Positions 45,292 through 55,518 of a stretch of 64,000 bases of DNA are shown piece after piece. This stretch comes from Acidobacteriota bacterium. GTDB taxonomy: Bacteria; Acidobacteriota; UBA890; WLXD01. Position 1 is the stretch's first letter. Every line of letters starts with the position of its first letter. The position numbers were made by a program, and so were the translations under genes. The stretch lies in contig CBDBHB010000005.1 of assembly GCA_965205505.1 (NCBI GenBank), positions 14,118 through 78,117 on the forward strand, read 5' to 3'. The notes beneath the pieces are model-generated. The model did no database searches, had not been told where the DNA came from, and saw only the letters and a list, made by a program, of their open reading frames with translations.

Positions 45292-46815
45292 ATGATCTCG
45301 AGACGCTCTTTCCTGCGAACCGGCGGCGCCCTGGTCGCCCTCGGTTCGCCCGCCGCGTGCGGGCCATCGGAACCGACCCCCGAGGACTCGGTCGCATCGG
45401 TTGCGGGCGGCTCTGAGGGGGTGATGGTCAACGACATCCACTCCCAGCTCAACGCGACGACCGTGCGGCGCATCGCCGAGCCCGACTCGGTGGGCGCGCT
45501 GCAAGCGGCGGTGCGCGAGGCTCGATCCGAAGGGGCGGCGGTGAGCATCGCCGGTGGGCGGCACGCGATGGGCGGGCAGCAGTTCGGCACCGATACGGTG
45601 CTCCTCGATACCACCGGGCTGAATCACGTACTGGATTTCGACGTCGACAGCGGCATCGTCGAGGTCGAGGCTGGGATCCAGTGGCCACAGCTGATCGCGT
45701 ACCTCTCCGGGGCGCAAGCTGAGTCACCGCGACTGTGGGCCATCGTCCAGAAGCAGACCGGCGCCGACCGTCTCAGCATCGGCGGCGCACTGGCCGCCAA
45801 CGTGCACGGGCGCGGGCTGGTGCACCGTCCGATCGTCCAGGACGTTGAGTCGTTCGTGCTAATCGACGCCGATGGCGAGACGCAACTTTGTTCGAGGGAC
45901 GAGAACACCGAGCTGTTTCGCCTGGCAATCGGTGGCTACGGCTGCTTCGGCGCCATCGCATCGGTGCGGTTGCGGCTCGGCGTCCGGAGAAAGCTCGAGC
46001 GCATCGTCGAGATTGTCGAAGTCGCCGACGTGATGCTGTTGTTCGAGGAGCGTATTGGCGATGGGTTCCTCTACGGCGACTTCCAGTTCGGCATCGCCAA
46101 CAACTCCGACGATTTCCTCTCACGCGGCGTGTTCGCCTGCTACCGACCGGTCGCCGACGACGCGATGATGCCCGGCGAGCTGTCCGAGCTCTCCGGCAAC
46201 GAATGGATGCGCCTGGCAGCGCTGTCACACGTCGACAAGCAGCTGGCCTTCAACTCCTACGCGCAGTACTACCTGTCCACCACCGGCCAGCGTTACTGGT
46301 CCGATGCCCACCAGCTCAGCAACTACTACGACGACTACCACCAGGTGCTCAGCGAGCAGTTCGGCGAGACCGACAAGGCGACCGACCCGATCACCGAGAT
46401 CTACGTGCCACGCGAGCGACTCACTGATTTCATGGGCGCGGCGCGCGAGGATTTCCGGCTCAACGACGTCAGCGTGATCTACGGCACGGTCCGCCTGATC
46501 GAACAGGACGACGAGAGCTTCCTGGCGTGGGCGAGGCAACCGTGGGCCTGCATCATCTTCAACATCCACACGGTGCACACCCCGGCTGGCATCGAGCACT
46601 CCAGCGCGACCTTCCGGCGCCTGATCGACCTGGCACTTGCCCGCGGCGGCAGCTACTACCTGACCTACCACCGGTACGCGTCGCGGCAACAAGTGGAGGC
46701 GGGTTATCCGCGATTCCCCGAGTTCCTGCGCCTGAAGCGACGCTACGATCCGGAAGAGCGGTTCCAGAGCGACTGGTACCGGCACTACCGCGAGATGTTC
46801 GCCGAAGTTCTATAG
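45292..46815 (+). CDS. Tat-exported FAD-binding oxidoreductase (FAD_binding_4 type)
   Basis: SRRSFL, GGRHAMGGQ, ANVHGRG, IGGYG.FG, GSYYLTY. Confidence 0.88.
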   Translation: MISRRSFLRTGGALVALGSPAACGPSEPTPEDSVASVAGGSEGVMVNDIHSQLNATTVRRIAEPDSVGALQAAVREARSEGAAVSIAGGRHAMGGQQFGTDTVLLDTTGLNHVLDFDVDSGIVEVEAGIQWPQLIAYLSGAQAESPRLWAIVQKQTGADRLSIGGALAANVHGRGLVHRPIVQDVESFVLIDADGETQLCSRDENTELFRLAIGGYGCFGAIASVRLRLGVRRKLERIVEIVEVADVMLLFEERIGDGFLYGDFQFGIANNSDDFLSRGVFACYRPVADDAMMPGELSELSGNEWMRLAALSHVDKQLAFNSYAQYYLSTTGQRYWSDAHQLSNYYDDYHQVLSEQFGETDKATDPITEIYVPRERLTDFMGAAREDFRLNDVSVIYGTVRLIEQDDESFLAWARQPWACIIFNIHTVHTPAGIEHSSATFRRLIDLALARGGSYYLTYHRYASRQQVEAGYPRFPEFLRLKRRYDPEERFQSDWYRHYREMFAEVL

Positions 46816-47415
46816 GCGTCGCTGAAACCTCGCGGCTTCGAACGCGCGCGCTCTCTCCGGGTTGATCACCCGCCTCAACATCGGCTCGAAGAAGCTCAAC
46901 GGCAGCGACTCGTAGTCGGGGTTAAACGCGGTCTGGTCGTACTTGGCGCAGAAGCGCACCGTCTGCTTGTATGCCGGATGGTCGCGGTACTGGTCGCGGA
47001 CGTTGCCGTCCTGGTGCGTTCCCTTGCGGATGTGGAACAGCTGAAAGATACCGTGGTGCTTGAGCATCCAGTAGTGGTTGTCGGAGATGTAGGGACGCAG
47101 GATCTCGGCACCGACGTCGTCGTGGTTGTAGGGCGACAGCTGGTCGGCGATATCGTGCAAGAGTGCGACGACGACCGTCTCTTCGTCCTCGCCATCGTGG
47201 TGCGCGCGCGTCGCTGCCTGCAGGCTGTGCTCGTACACCGTTACCATGTCGAGTTCGGTGTACTCAGCGGTCCCTACGCTTTCCATCTGCCTGAGCAGAT
47301 CGAGCAGGACCTCTGCCGGCGGCGGCCGCATCTGCTCGGAAAGCTCGTCCATCCGCCGAGCATCTGCCTCGGTCAGGTCATCGAGCTTCCTGATTCTGCG
47401 TACCGCCTCTGCCAT
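46810..47415 (-). CDS. HD-domain protein of the PhnZ/TmpB-like group
   Basis: EHSLQAATRA, ALLHDI, NHDDVGA, LKHH, KYDQ. Confidence 0.8.
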   Translation of the reverse strand: MAEAVRRIRKLDDLTEADARRMDELSEQMRPPPAEVLLDLLRQMESVGTAEYTELDMVTVYEHSLQAATRAHHDGEDEETVVVALLHDIADQLSPYNHDDVGAEILRPYISDNHYWMLKHHGIFQLFHIRKGTHQDGNVRDQYRDHPAYKQTVRFCAKYDQTAFNPDYESLPLSFFEPMLRRVINPERARAFEAARFQRRL

Positions 47416-47556
47416 GCGCTTCCCTCTCTCGATGCTGGACTGTGCGTCTGCGGAACGTCCTGGGTGGACGCCTTCTTGCCGTTCGTCTTGGCCTCGCCGT
47501 TGGACGGTAGCATGCCGTCGATCCCCACGATGGGAACCTCCCGCCATCGGCTCGGA

Positions 47557-49467
47557 TCAATAAGCGACAGCGGCGGTTTCCCGTCGGACGTCGCCGGCGG
47601 CGATCAGAACCCCGCTCTGAGGCTCACCGTAAGTCACCGTCGGAGCACCGGCCCGCCAGTTCCACAGCCCCCACGACTCGACGTCGTGCCCCAAGCCTCG
47701 CAACGTCTCGGCGGTCGCGAGGGGGATCCTGTCTTCGAGCTTCAGCTTGGCCGGGTTGTGGTTGATCTCGGAGCCGGTCGCCGGGAAGTTGTAGCTGCCA
47801 AACCTCGGCTGGTCGAGGGCGCTCTCGGGTGACATCTCCCACACGACGACGTTGAGTATGACCTGCAACAACGCCTGCATCTGCTGGTCACCACCCGGGG
47901 TCGAGAGGCCCATGAAGGGCGCCCCGTCTCGCATCAGCAAGACCGGGCTGTTGGTGTTTCTCGGCCGCTTCTTCGGCGCCATGACGTTGGCTAGACTCGG
48001 GTCGAGGTTGAACTGCCCCATGCGGTTGCCGAGGCCGAAGCCCCAGCCCGGGATCATGGGTGAGTCGACATGGCCGTCGCTCTCGGTCATCGAGAACAGG
48101 TTGCCGGCAGCGTCGATGACATTCAACGAGGTGGTGTCGAGCGCCGGCCGGTTGTCTGGTGGCAACGTCTCCACCGCCGACGATCGATCCGCAAGAAAGC
48201 GGCTGGGAGAGTCGCCAGCGACCGCGACCATCCTGGCCGGATCACCCCACGGAGGCATGTCGTCGAACGCCTTCTGCATGTCGATGAGCTCGGCGCGTCG
48301 ACGAGCGTAGTCCTTCGAGTACAGGTTCTTTGGTGTATCGACCAGCGTCGGATCGCCGACGTACTTGTGCGAGTCCGACATCGCCAGGTTGATCGCCTGC
48401 GAGATCAGGTGAATGTACGCGGGCGTGTTGTAGCCCAGGGCGCGCAGGTCGAAGTTCTCGAGAATATTGAGAAACAGGATCAACCGCGGTCCCTGCGACC
48501 AGCCGTCACAGACATACACGTCGTGCTCCATGAACGTGGTGTGGATTGGCTCCATCCATCCACCCTCGTAGCTCGCCAGGTCCTCGTACCGAACCAGACC
48601 GTTTTCCTGACGGAAATAATGGTCCACCGCCCGGGCGGGATCGCCCTTGTAGAAGGCATCCCGGGCGGCCCGGATCCCGGCCGCTCGAGTTGCGCCGCCG
48701 GCCAGAGCTTTCTCCTCGGCAGCGATCATGTAGCGGATCAGCTTGCCGAGGTCGCTGTTGACCATGAGGTCACCGAGCCTTTGGTCGCCTATACCGTGCT
48801 GGAACCAGAAGTCGACGTTGTACGGAAACAGCAGGATGTCGTCGGTGTACTCCTCGATCAGCCACTTCTGCATCTTGTACAGGTGGTATCCGTTCTCGGC
48901 GATCTCGAGCGCCGGTCGCGCCGATGTCGCAAAGCTGATGGTCCCGTAGCGTTCGAGCGCCGCCAGCCAGACATCGACGTCGGCTGGCACCAGCGCGGTG
49001 TTGATGGCCGTCTTGCCGTGCTGCAGAAAATGGTCGAGCGTTGCCAGCGCCGGGCTGCGACCGGCTCCGACACGGGTGACGACCTGGTCTTCGTCGGCAT
49101 TGTAGAGAATCAGCGGTGCAACCCCCGTCCAACCGGCGTACGCCATCTTGGTCACCTTCAGCGCCATCGCGGCGGTGACCCCCGCATCGAAAGCGTTGCC
49201 GCCGGCCTTGAGCATCTCGAGACCGGCAGTGGTAGCCAGGTAGTGTCCGGTGGAGACGGCGCCGTGGGTTCCCATGATCCGCGGCCGCATGGCCTCGAGG
49301 CTGTTCTCGTCGTAAACGTGCCCGTAGCTGTTGAACGGAGCGATCGTTCCCATCACTCCTTCCTGGTCGCCGGGTGTCTGGCCGTTGGCCTTCGGAAAGG
49401 CAAAGGCCGCCATGCAAATCAACGTGCCGACGGCGACTCCCAGGACCGTTCTCGATTCATGACGCAT
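47557..49467 (-). CDS. Gamma-glutamyltransferase family protein
   Basis: GGNAFDAG, DTTSL autoprocessing Thr, TPGGDQQ. Confidence 0.9.
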   Translation of the reverse strand: MRHESRTVLGVAVGTLICMAAFAFPKANGQTPGDQEGVMGTIAPFNSYGHVYDENSLEAMRPRIMGTHGAVSTGHYLATTAGLEMLKAGGNAFDAGVTAAMALKVTKMAYAGWTGVAPLILYNADEDQVVTRVGAGRSPALATLDHFLQHGKTAINTALVPADVDVWLAALERYGTISFATSARPALEIAENGYHLYKMQKWLIEEYTDDILLFPYNVDFWFQHGIGDQRLGDLMVNSDLGKLIRYMIAAEEKALAGGATRAAGIRAARDAFYKGDPARAVDHYFRQENGLVRYEDLASYEGGWMEPIHTTFMEHDVYVCDGWSQGPRLILFLNILENFDLRALGYNTPAYIHLISQAINLAMSDSHKYVGDPTLVDTPKNLYSKDYARRRAELIDMQKAFDDMPPWGDPARMVAVAGDSPSRFLADRSSAVETLPPDNRPALDTTSLNVIDAAGNLFSMTESDGHVDSPMIPGWGFGLGNRMGQFNLDPSLANVMAPKKRPRNTNSPVLLMRDGAPFMGLSTPGGDQQMQALLQVILNVVVWEMSPESALDQPRFGSYNFPATGSEINHNPAKLKLEDRIPLATAETLRGLGHDVESWGLWNWRAGAPTVTYGEPQSGVLIAAGDVRRETAAVAY

Positions 49468-49668
49468 CGCGTACCACCTCCAGGTTGGACGATGTTCGGT
49501 ACGAAGAGTTGCAGCCGTACCTGGTTGCCGTCAAAGTCGTGCCACGATAGTGGCCTCTAGTGTCTTGTAACAGAGGTTCGTTACTGGACGCTCGTCCAGC
49601 TCGAACTTACCTGAATCCTGTCACGGCTGCGAACGCCCCTTCCCGAAAACACCAACGGAGCTCCTCGC

Positions 49669-50526
49669 GTGATCTCACCCCGCACCTCCCGGCAAGAAAT
49701 CCTCGACAAGCTTCAAAAGAAGCTCGACGCACACACTCCGATCATGATCTCGAGCGCCGGCAGCGGTCTGGTGGCCAAGCTACTCGAGCAGGCCGGCGTC
49801 GACTGCATCAACACGTTCTGCGGCGCTCGACTGCGCGCTAACGGCTGGGGAACGATGTCGATGATGTGGCCGAACATCGACTCCAACAAACAGACCCTTG
49901 ATTACACCCAGCAGGACATCCTGCCGGCGATCAAAGGCGACGCATTCATCTGCGCCTGCCTCAATCCGAACGATCCGCTGCGCGACATGCGCACGGTGCT
50001 CCAGGATCTCAAGAACATGGGTGTCGAGTCGGCCTCTAACATCGGGCCGTCGGTCAGCTACGTCGACAAGGACTCCAACCTTCGCCAGGTGCTCCGCCAG
50101 AGCGGCATCACCTTCCAGGTGGAGATCGACATGCTCAAGCTGACCAAAGAGATGGACATGGTGAGCGTCGGCCTCGCCTTCGACATGGAGGACAGCATCC
50201 GCATGATCGAAGAGGCCGCCCCGGACGTTTTCTGCTTCCACGCCGGAACCACCAAGGGCGGTATTCGTGGCTACGACTCGGGCGAAACGATCGAGGTGAC
50301 GGCCGAGCGCACCGAGGAAGTGTACGCAAAAGTCCGCGAGATCAACCCGCAGACGATCCTCATCGCGCACGGGGCAGCGATGGAGAACCCGGACGACGCG
50401 CAATACATGCTCAACCACACCAACGGGAACGGGTTCTGGACGGGCTCTTCGACCGAGCGCCTGCCGATCGAGCGCGCGGTATTGGCCACGGCAGCCGAGT
50501 TTCGCGAGCTGTCCTTCGGCAGCTGA
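49669..50526 (+). CDS. Phosphoenolpyruvate hydrolase-like (TIM-barrel signal transduction) protein
   Basis: AGSGLVAK, HAGTTKGG, AHG, GSSTERLP. Confidence 0.85.
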   Translation: MISPRTSRQEILDKLQKKLDAHTPIMISSAGSGLVAKLLEQAGVDCINTFCGARLRANGWGTMSMMWPNIDSNKQTLDYTQQDILPAIKGDAFICACLNPNDPLRDMRTVLQDLKNMGVESASNIGPSVSYVDKDSNLRQVLRQSGITFQVEIDMLKLTKEMDMVSVGLAFDMEDSIRMIEEAAPDVFCFHAGTTKGGIRGYDSGETIEVTAERTEEVYAKVREINPQTILIAHGAAMENPDDAQYMLNHTNGNGFWTGSSTERLPIERAVLATAAEFRELSFGS

Positions 50527-50535
50527 GGGAGTGAC

Positions 50536-51756
50536 GTGAGCAAGACCGTCGTCGTGCTAGCGACCCTCGACACCAAGGGCAACGAGGCGCGCTACGTCGC
50601 CGATCAGATCGAGGCGATGGGCGGCGCCGCGCTGCTGATGGACATCGGCATCGTCGGAGACCCCGCCGTCGAGCCAGGCGTATCCCGCGCCGAGGTTGCG
50701 GCGGCAGGTGGAACGCCTCTGGCCGAGATCCTCGAGGCGCCGACGCGGCAGGCGGCCTCGCCGGTGATGGTCGCAGGCGCGACACGCCTGCTGCTGGAGC
50801 GCATCTCGGACGACGCGATCCACGGCGTCGTCGGTCTTGGCGGCACCCAGGGCACCTCCAACTGCACGGGCGTCATGCAGAGGCTGCCTTATGGCTTCCC
50901 GAAGGTCATGGTGTCGACCGCGGCGTCGGGCGACACCTCGGCCTTCGTCGGTATCAAGGACATCACCATGATGTTCAGCGTCGGCGACATCCTCGGGCTC
51001 AACCCGGTCACCAGGAAAGTGCTAGCGAACGCCGCCGCCGCCACCTACGGCATGGCCTGCTCGCGCGTCACGCTCGACATCGCCCCCGGCGCCAAGCCTC
51101 TCGTCGGCATGACTAACCTCGGAGTGCTCACCGAGGGGGCGATGCTCGCGCTCGATTACTTCCACGACGCCGGCTACGAGGTGATCGTCTTCCACGCGGT
51201 GGGCTCCGGCGGCCGCGCCATGGAGCAGATGATGAAGGACGGCCTCATCGGCGCCGTCTTCGACTACGGTCTCGGAGAGATCCCTGACCACATGTTCGAC
51301 GGCCTACGCGATGGCGGGCCGGAGCGCCTGACCGTCGCCGGCGATCTCGGACTGCCACAGGTCATCTGCCCGGGAGGGCTCGAGCACATCGGCCTGCTGA
51401 CCGAGCCCAACACGATTCCGGAGCGCTACCGGAACCACGAGGTAGCCTTTCACAACCCGATCATTCTGGCGATCCGGCTGCTGCCGGAAGAGATGGTGGC
51501 GGTGGCGCAGGAGGTGAACAAACGCCTCTCGCATACAACCGACAAGGCCTATTTCATGATGCCCAAGCGCGGCACCAGCCGCTACGCAGTGGGGGGCGCC
51601 CAGCTCCACGACCCGATCGGCGACGAGGCGTTCCTGACGGAGATCAGGGCCGGGCTACCGGACAACATCGAGCTGCTCGAGCGCGACCTGCACGCCGAGG
51701 ATCCGGCGTTTGTGAAGGAGGCGGTCGACCGCCTCATCTCGCTCATCGAGGCTTGA
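50536..51756 (+). CDS. Tm-1-like ATP-binding domain protein (UPF0261)
   Basis: TLDTKG, LPYGFPKVMVST, FHAVGSGGRAME. Confidence 0.88.
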   Translation: MSKTVVVLATLDTKGNEARYVADQIEAMGGAALLMDIGIVGDPAVEPGVSRAEVAAAGGTPLAEILEAPTRQAASPVMVAGATRLLLERISDDAIHGVVGLGGTQGTSNCTGVMQRLPYGFPKVMVSTAASGDTSAFVGIKDITMMFSVGDILGLNPVTRKVLANAAAATYGMACSRVTLDIAPGAKPLVGMTNLGVLTEGAMLALDYFHDAGYEVIVFHAVGSGGRAMEQMMKDGLIGAVFDYGLGEIPDHMFDGLRDGGPERLTVAGDLGLPQVICPGGLEHIGLLTEPNTIPERYRNHEVAFHNPIILAIRLLPEEMVAVAQEVNKRLSHTTDKAYFMMPKRGTSRYAVGGAQLHDPIGDEAFLTEIRAGLPDNIELLERDLHAEDPAFVKEAVDRLISLIEA

Positions 51757-52188
51757 GTGTTCAGATCTGTGCTTGCCCTGGTCGTCGTCGGTGCCGTCAC
51801 GGTCCCCGGGTGCGCATCAACGCCTGAAACCGCCTCGTCCGACCTCCCGAACATCGTCATTCTGTTCGCCGACGACCTCGGCTACGGCGACCTTGGCATC
51901 TACGGCAACCCGACCATCCGCACCCCCAACCTCGATCGCATGGCGGCCGAGGGCATGAAGTTCACGCAGCTCTACGTCGGCGCCTCGGTATGCACGCCGA
52001 GCCGCGCGGCACTGATGACAGGGCGTCTGCCGATCCGAAGCGTGATGGCCAACGACCGCTTCCGGGTGATCTTTCCCCCCTCCCAGGGAGGCTTGCCGGA
52101 CTCCGAGCTCACGATCGCGGAGGCGCTTAAGACCGCGGGTTACGCGACCGGCATCTTCGGCAAGTGGCATCTCGGCCACCGGCCCTGA
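51757..52188 (+). pseudogene. Arylsulfatase truncated by IS3 insertion
   Basis: [27 protein letters not shown]; the stop codon is supplied by the IS left end. Confidence 0.9.
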
Positions 52189-52262
52189 CCCAAACCCCGA
52201 AAACGGTGCCAGGTTGATGTTTAGGAAATCGGTGTACCGTCGTCCTCCAAGCAGGAGGACAG

Positions 52263-52529
52263 ATGAAGCGGAAGAGGTACACGGACGAGCAGATCGCCTA
52301 CGCGCTGCGGCAGGCTGAGGCGGGCACGCCGATCAAGGAGGTGTGTCGCAAGCTGGGCGTCAGCGAGCAGACGTTGTACACGTGGCGCCGCAAGTTCGCC
52401 GGGATGGGCGTGGCCGAACTTCGGGAGCTACGACAACTCCGCCATGAGAACCGGAAGTTGAAGCAGCTGGTGGCAGATCTGAGCTTGGACAAGCACATGC
52501 TCCAGGAGGTGCTGTCAAAAAAGGTGTGA
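52263..52529 (+). CDS. IS3 transposase OrfA
   Basis: [33 protein letters not shown]. Confidence 0.92.
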   Translation: MKRKRYTDEQIAYALRQAEAGTPIKEVCRKLGVSEQTLYTWRRKFAGMGVAELRELRQLRHENRKLKQLVADLSLDKHMLQEVLSKKV

Positions 52530-53380
52530 AGCCGGCGCGCAAGCGCGAGGTGGTGCGGTACCTGCAGGACGGGTTCCGTGTCAGTGAGCGTCGAGCGTGT
52601 CGGCTGATCGAGTTGTCGCGCACCAGCCATCGGTATCAGAGCACAAGGACGGACGACCCCGTGCTGCGGCGTCGTCTTGGCGAGCTCGCCGCGGCGCGTC
52701 CGCGGTTCGGGTATCGGAGGTTGTGCGTGTTGCTACGCCGCGAGGGATGGGTAGTGAACCAGAAGCGCGTGTATCGGATCTATCGAGAGGAGGGGCTGGA
52801 GGTACGGACCAAAAAGCGACGGCGCAAGCGGGCGAGTCACATACGGCTTGTGCTGCCGCCCGCAGAGCGGCCCAACGAGCGCTGGAGCATGGACTTCGTG
52901 ACCGATCGGCTCGAGAGTGGCCGGCCGTTTCGGGTGCTGACGGTGGTCGATCAGTTTAGCCGTGAATGTCCGTTACTTGAGCCGGGCGTGTCGATGACCG
53001 GCAAGGCGGTGGCTGGAGCACTCGAGCGGCTGTCGTTTGCCGGGCCGTTGCCACGGGTCATCACCGTCGACAATGGCTCAGAATTCTACTCCCAGGCGAT
53101 GGACTCCTGGGCGTACCGGAGAGGCGTGCAGTTGGAGTTCATTCGGCCGGGAAAGCCCGTGGAGAATGCGTTCATCGAGAGTTTCAACGGACGGCTTCGC
53201 GACGAATGCCTCAACGCCAACCTGTTCTTCTCGATCGATGACGCGCGCCGAAAACTGGAGGCTTGGAGGCTTGATTACAATACCCACAGACCACACAGCT
53301 CACTGAACGATCGAACTCCTACGGAGTTCGCCAGGGGCTGGCAACCGGAGGCTTCGGAACACCGAATCCTAAACCTCTGA
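52526..53380 (+). CDS. IS3 transposase OrfB (DDE)
   Basis: [23 protein letters not shown]. Confidence 0.93.
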   Translation: MKPARKREVVRYLQDGFRVSERRACRLIELSRTSHRYQSTRTDDPVLRRRLGELAAARPRFGYRRLCVLLRREGWVVNQKRVYRIYREEGLEVRTKKRRRKRASHIRLVLPPAERPNERWSMDFVTDRLESGRPFRVLTVVDQFSRECPLLEPGVSMTGKAVAGALERLSFAGPLPRVITVDNGSEFYSQAMDSWAYRRGVQLEFIRPGKPVENAFIESFNGRLRDECLNANLFFSIDDARRKLEAWRLDYNTHRPHSSLNDRTPTEFARGWQPEASEHRILNL

Positions 53381-53406
53381 CTGGTACTGATTTCGGGGTG
53401 GGGTCA

Positions 53407-53456
53407 AGCACCGAGTTACTGAGATAAGACGTGGTACTAACCGTGGGGTCAGGTCA
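53407..53456 (+). mobile_element. Right-end remnant of a second IS3 (copy of 62657-63605, opposite orientation)
   Basis: GTTACTGAGATAAGACGTGGTACTAACCG...GGGTCAGGTCA matches the reverse complement of ~62657-62706. Confidence 0.88.
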
Positions 53457-53459
53457 CCT

Positions 53460-53481
53460 TTTCGCCGTTTCGACGGCGAAA
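53460..53481. terminator. UUCG hairpin
   Basis: TTTCGCCGT-TTCG-ACGGCGAAA. Confidence 0.55.
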
Positions 53482-53501
53482 GTTAACAAATAGTTAACAA
53501 A
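53481..53501. repeat. Direct repeat AGTTAACAAA x2 (possible integrase arm-type sites)
   Basis: 53481-53490 and 53492-53501; AT-rich within GC-rich DNA. Confidence 0.6.
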
Positions 53502-53923
53502 ACGGTCGCGAACGTCGAGATTGCTCCCGCTCGGCGCTCGGGCATCAAGGGGATGCCAATCTATCGGTCAGCCGGCGCTGCCCAATGCGACAAGGCGAGG
53601 ATCACTCGCCGCGACACGGTGGCCGCGTTCTTTGCGCCATGTCCAAATGGCGCGATACCTGGCGCAATAGTCGCCGTTCTCCGGCCGCCACGGTGGCAGG
53701 AGGGACGTCTGGAACGGATGATCGACGGCGCGATCCAGGCCATCCGCCACGGCGGACGCATGCAGGCATGGCGTGAGGAAGACCCAAGAAACGGCAATCC
53801 GATCAGGATGCGAAGCCGGCCGATCAGGCTGCCACGATCGGGTACGAAGCGGACCTGGGGCGCATGGCCGACACGCTGCGCGGCAGCATAGCGCTGAGCC
53901 TGGTGGGCCCGCTGCGGGCCACC

Positions 53924-53977
53924 CTCCGCGGCGAGATAGATGCCTCCGAGTTCAAGGAGTACATCTTCGGGCTATTG
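53924..53977 (+). pseudogene. Short remnant of a different hsdM N-terminus
   Basis: Translates to LRGEIDASEFKEYIFGLL. Confidence 0.6.
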
Positions 53978-54033
53978 TGTCGGGGGGAGGCCGTCGAACG
54001 CAACGACGCGACTCCAGACCGTGAGAGGGAGCG

Positions 54034-55518
54034 ATGATCACCGGCGAACTCAAATCCAAGATCGACCGCATCTGGGACACGATGTGGTCCGGGGGCATCT
54101 CCAACCCTCTCTCGGTCATCGAGCAGCTCACCTACCTGCTCTTCATCAAGCGCCTCGACGAGCTGCAGACGCTCAAGGAAGCCAAGGCCGCCCGCATCGG
54201 CGAGCCCATCGAAAGGCCGATCTTCGCCGCCGGCCACGACAAGATCCGCTGGTCGCGCTTCAAGGAGGCCGCCCCGGAGCAGATGTTCGAGGCAGTCCGT
54301 GACGGCGTGTTTCCCTTCATCAAGACCCTCGGGCAACGGGGAGGGACCGACGGTGAGGGCGGCAGCACCTACACCCACCATATGAAGGACGCCCTCTTCA
54401 TGATGCCCACGGCCCGGGTGCTTGCCAACGTGGTCGACCAGCTCGACGGCATTGGCATGGCCGACAGCGACACCAAGGGCGACCTGTACGAGTACATGCT
54501 CGGCAAGATCGCCACCGCCGGGCAGAACGGGCAGTTCCGCACCCCGCGCCACATCATCAGGCTGATGGTGGACATGACCGCGCCCGCGCCGAAGGACGTG
54601 ATCTGCGATCCGGCGTGCGGCACGGCGGGCTTCCTCATCGCTACCTCCAAGTACCTCGTCGAGCACCACAGCGACACGATCTACAAGGACACCGCCGCCC
54701 GTCGCCGCTTCAACGAGGGCACGTTCCACGGCTACGACTTCGACAACACCATGCTGCGCATCGGCAGCATGAACATGCTGCTGCATGGCGTGGAGAACCC
54801 GGACATCCGCTACCGGGACTCGCTCGCGGAGTCTGACGAGGACGATGCAGAGAAGTACTCTCTGATCCTCGCCAATCCCCCCTTCGCCGGCAGCCTCGAC
54901 TACGAGTCCACGGCGAAGGACCTGCAGCAGATCGTCAAGACCAAGAAGACCGAGCTACTCTTCCTCGTGCTCTTCCTGCGCCTGCTACAGACAGGCGGCC
55001 GCGCTGCCGTGATCGTGCCCGACGGCGTGCTCTTTGGATCGAGCAAGGCGCACAAGGCCCTGCGCAAGATCCTTGTCGAGGATCAGAAGCTCGACGCCAT
55101 CGTCTCCATGCCCTCGGGCGTCTTCAAACCCTATGCGGGCGTCTCCACCGCCATCCTGCTGTTCACCAAGACGAACTCCGGCGGCACGGATAACGTCTGG
55201 TTCTACGACATGCAGGCCGACGGCTACTCGCTGGACGACAAGCGCACGCCGCAGCCGGACAAGAGCGACCTTGCCGACATCCTCGCCTGCTGGCAGAAGC
55301 GTGAGGCGGAGGGTGACCGTGCGAGGACGGACCAGAGCTTCCTAGTACCTGTATCCGAGATCGCGGACAACGACTACGACCTGTCGCTCAACCGCTACAA
55401 GGAAGTGGAATACGAGGCGGTTGAGTACGACCCGCCAAGGGTGATCCTCGGGAGGCTGGCAGGACTGGAGGGCGAGATCGCGAAGGGACGTCAAGAGTTG
55501 GAGCGGCTGCTGGGATGA
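54034..55518 (+). CDS. hsdM: Type I R-M methyltransferase subunit
   Basis: GQFRTPRH, DPACGTAGFL, ANPPF. Confidence 0.95.
   Translation: MITGELKSKIDRIWDTMWSGGISNPLSVIEQLTYLLFIKRLDELQTLKEAKAARIGEPIERPIFAAGHDKIRWSRFKEAAPEQMFEAVRDGVFPFIKTLGQRGGTDGEGGSTYTHHMKDALFMMPTARVLANVVDQLDGIGMADSDTKGDLYEYMLGKIATAGQNGQFRTPRHIIRLMVDMTAPAPKDVICDPACGTAGFLIATSKYLVEHHSDTIYKDTAARRRFNEGTFHGYDFDNTMLRIGSMNMLLHGVENPDIRYRDSLAESDEDDAEKYSLILANPPFAGSLDYESTAKDLQQIVKTKKTELLFLVLFLRLLQTGGRAAVIVPDGVLFGSSKAHKALRKILVEDQKLDAIVSMPSGVFKPYAGVSTAILLFTKTNSGGTDNVWFYDMQADGYSLDDKRTPQPDKSDLADILACWQKREAEGDRARTDQSFLVPVSEIADNDYDLSLNRYKEVEYEAVEYDPPRVILGRLAGLEGEIAKGRQELERLLG

Larger units (their letters stand above)
52186..53406 (+). mobile_element. 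IS3-family element, apparently intact
   Basis: TGACCCAAACCCCGAAA ... TTTCGGGGTGGGGTCA ends; orfA/orfB overlap with AAAAAAG at 52517-52523. Confidence 0.93.

Noticed and set aside
49530-49546. Sigma-54 promoter TGGCACGACTTTGAC on the minus strand upstream of ggt
   Set aside because: The -12 GC is absent at the required spacing.
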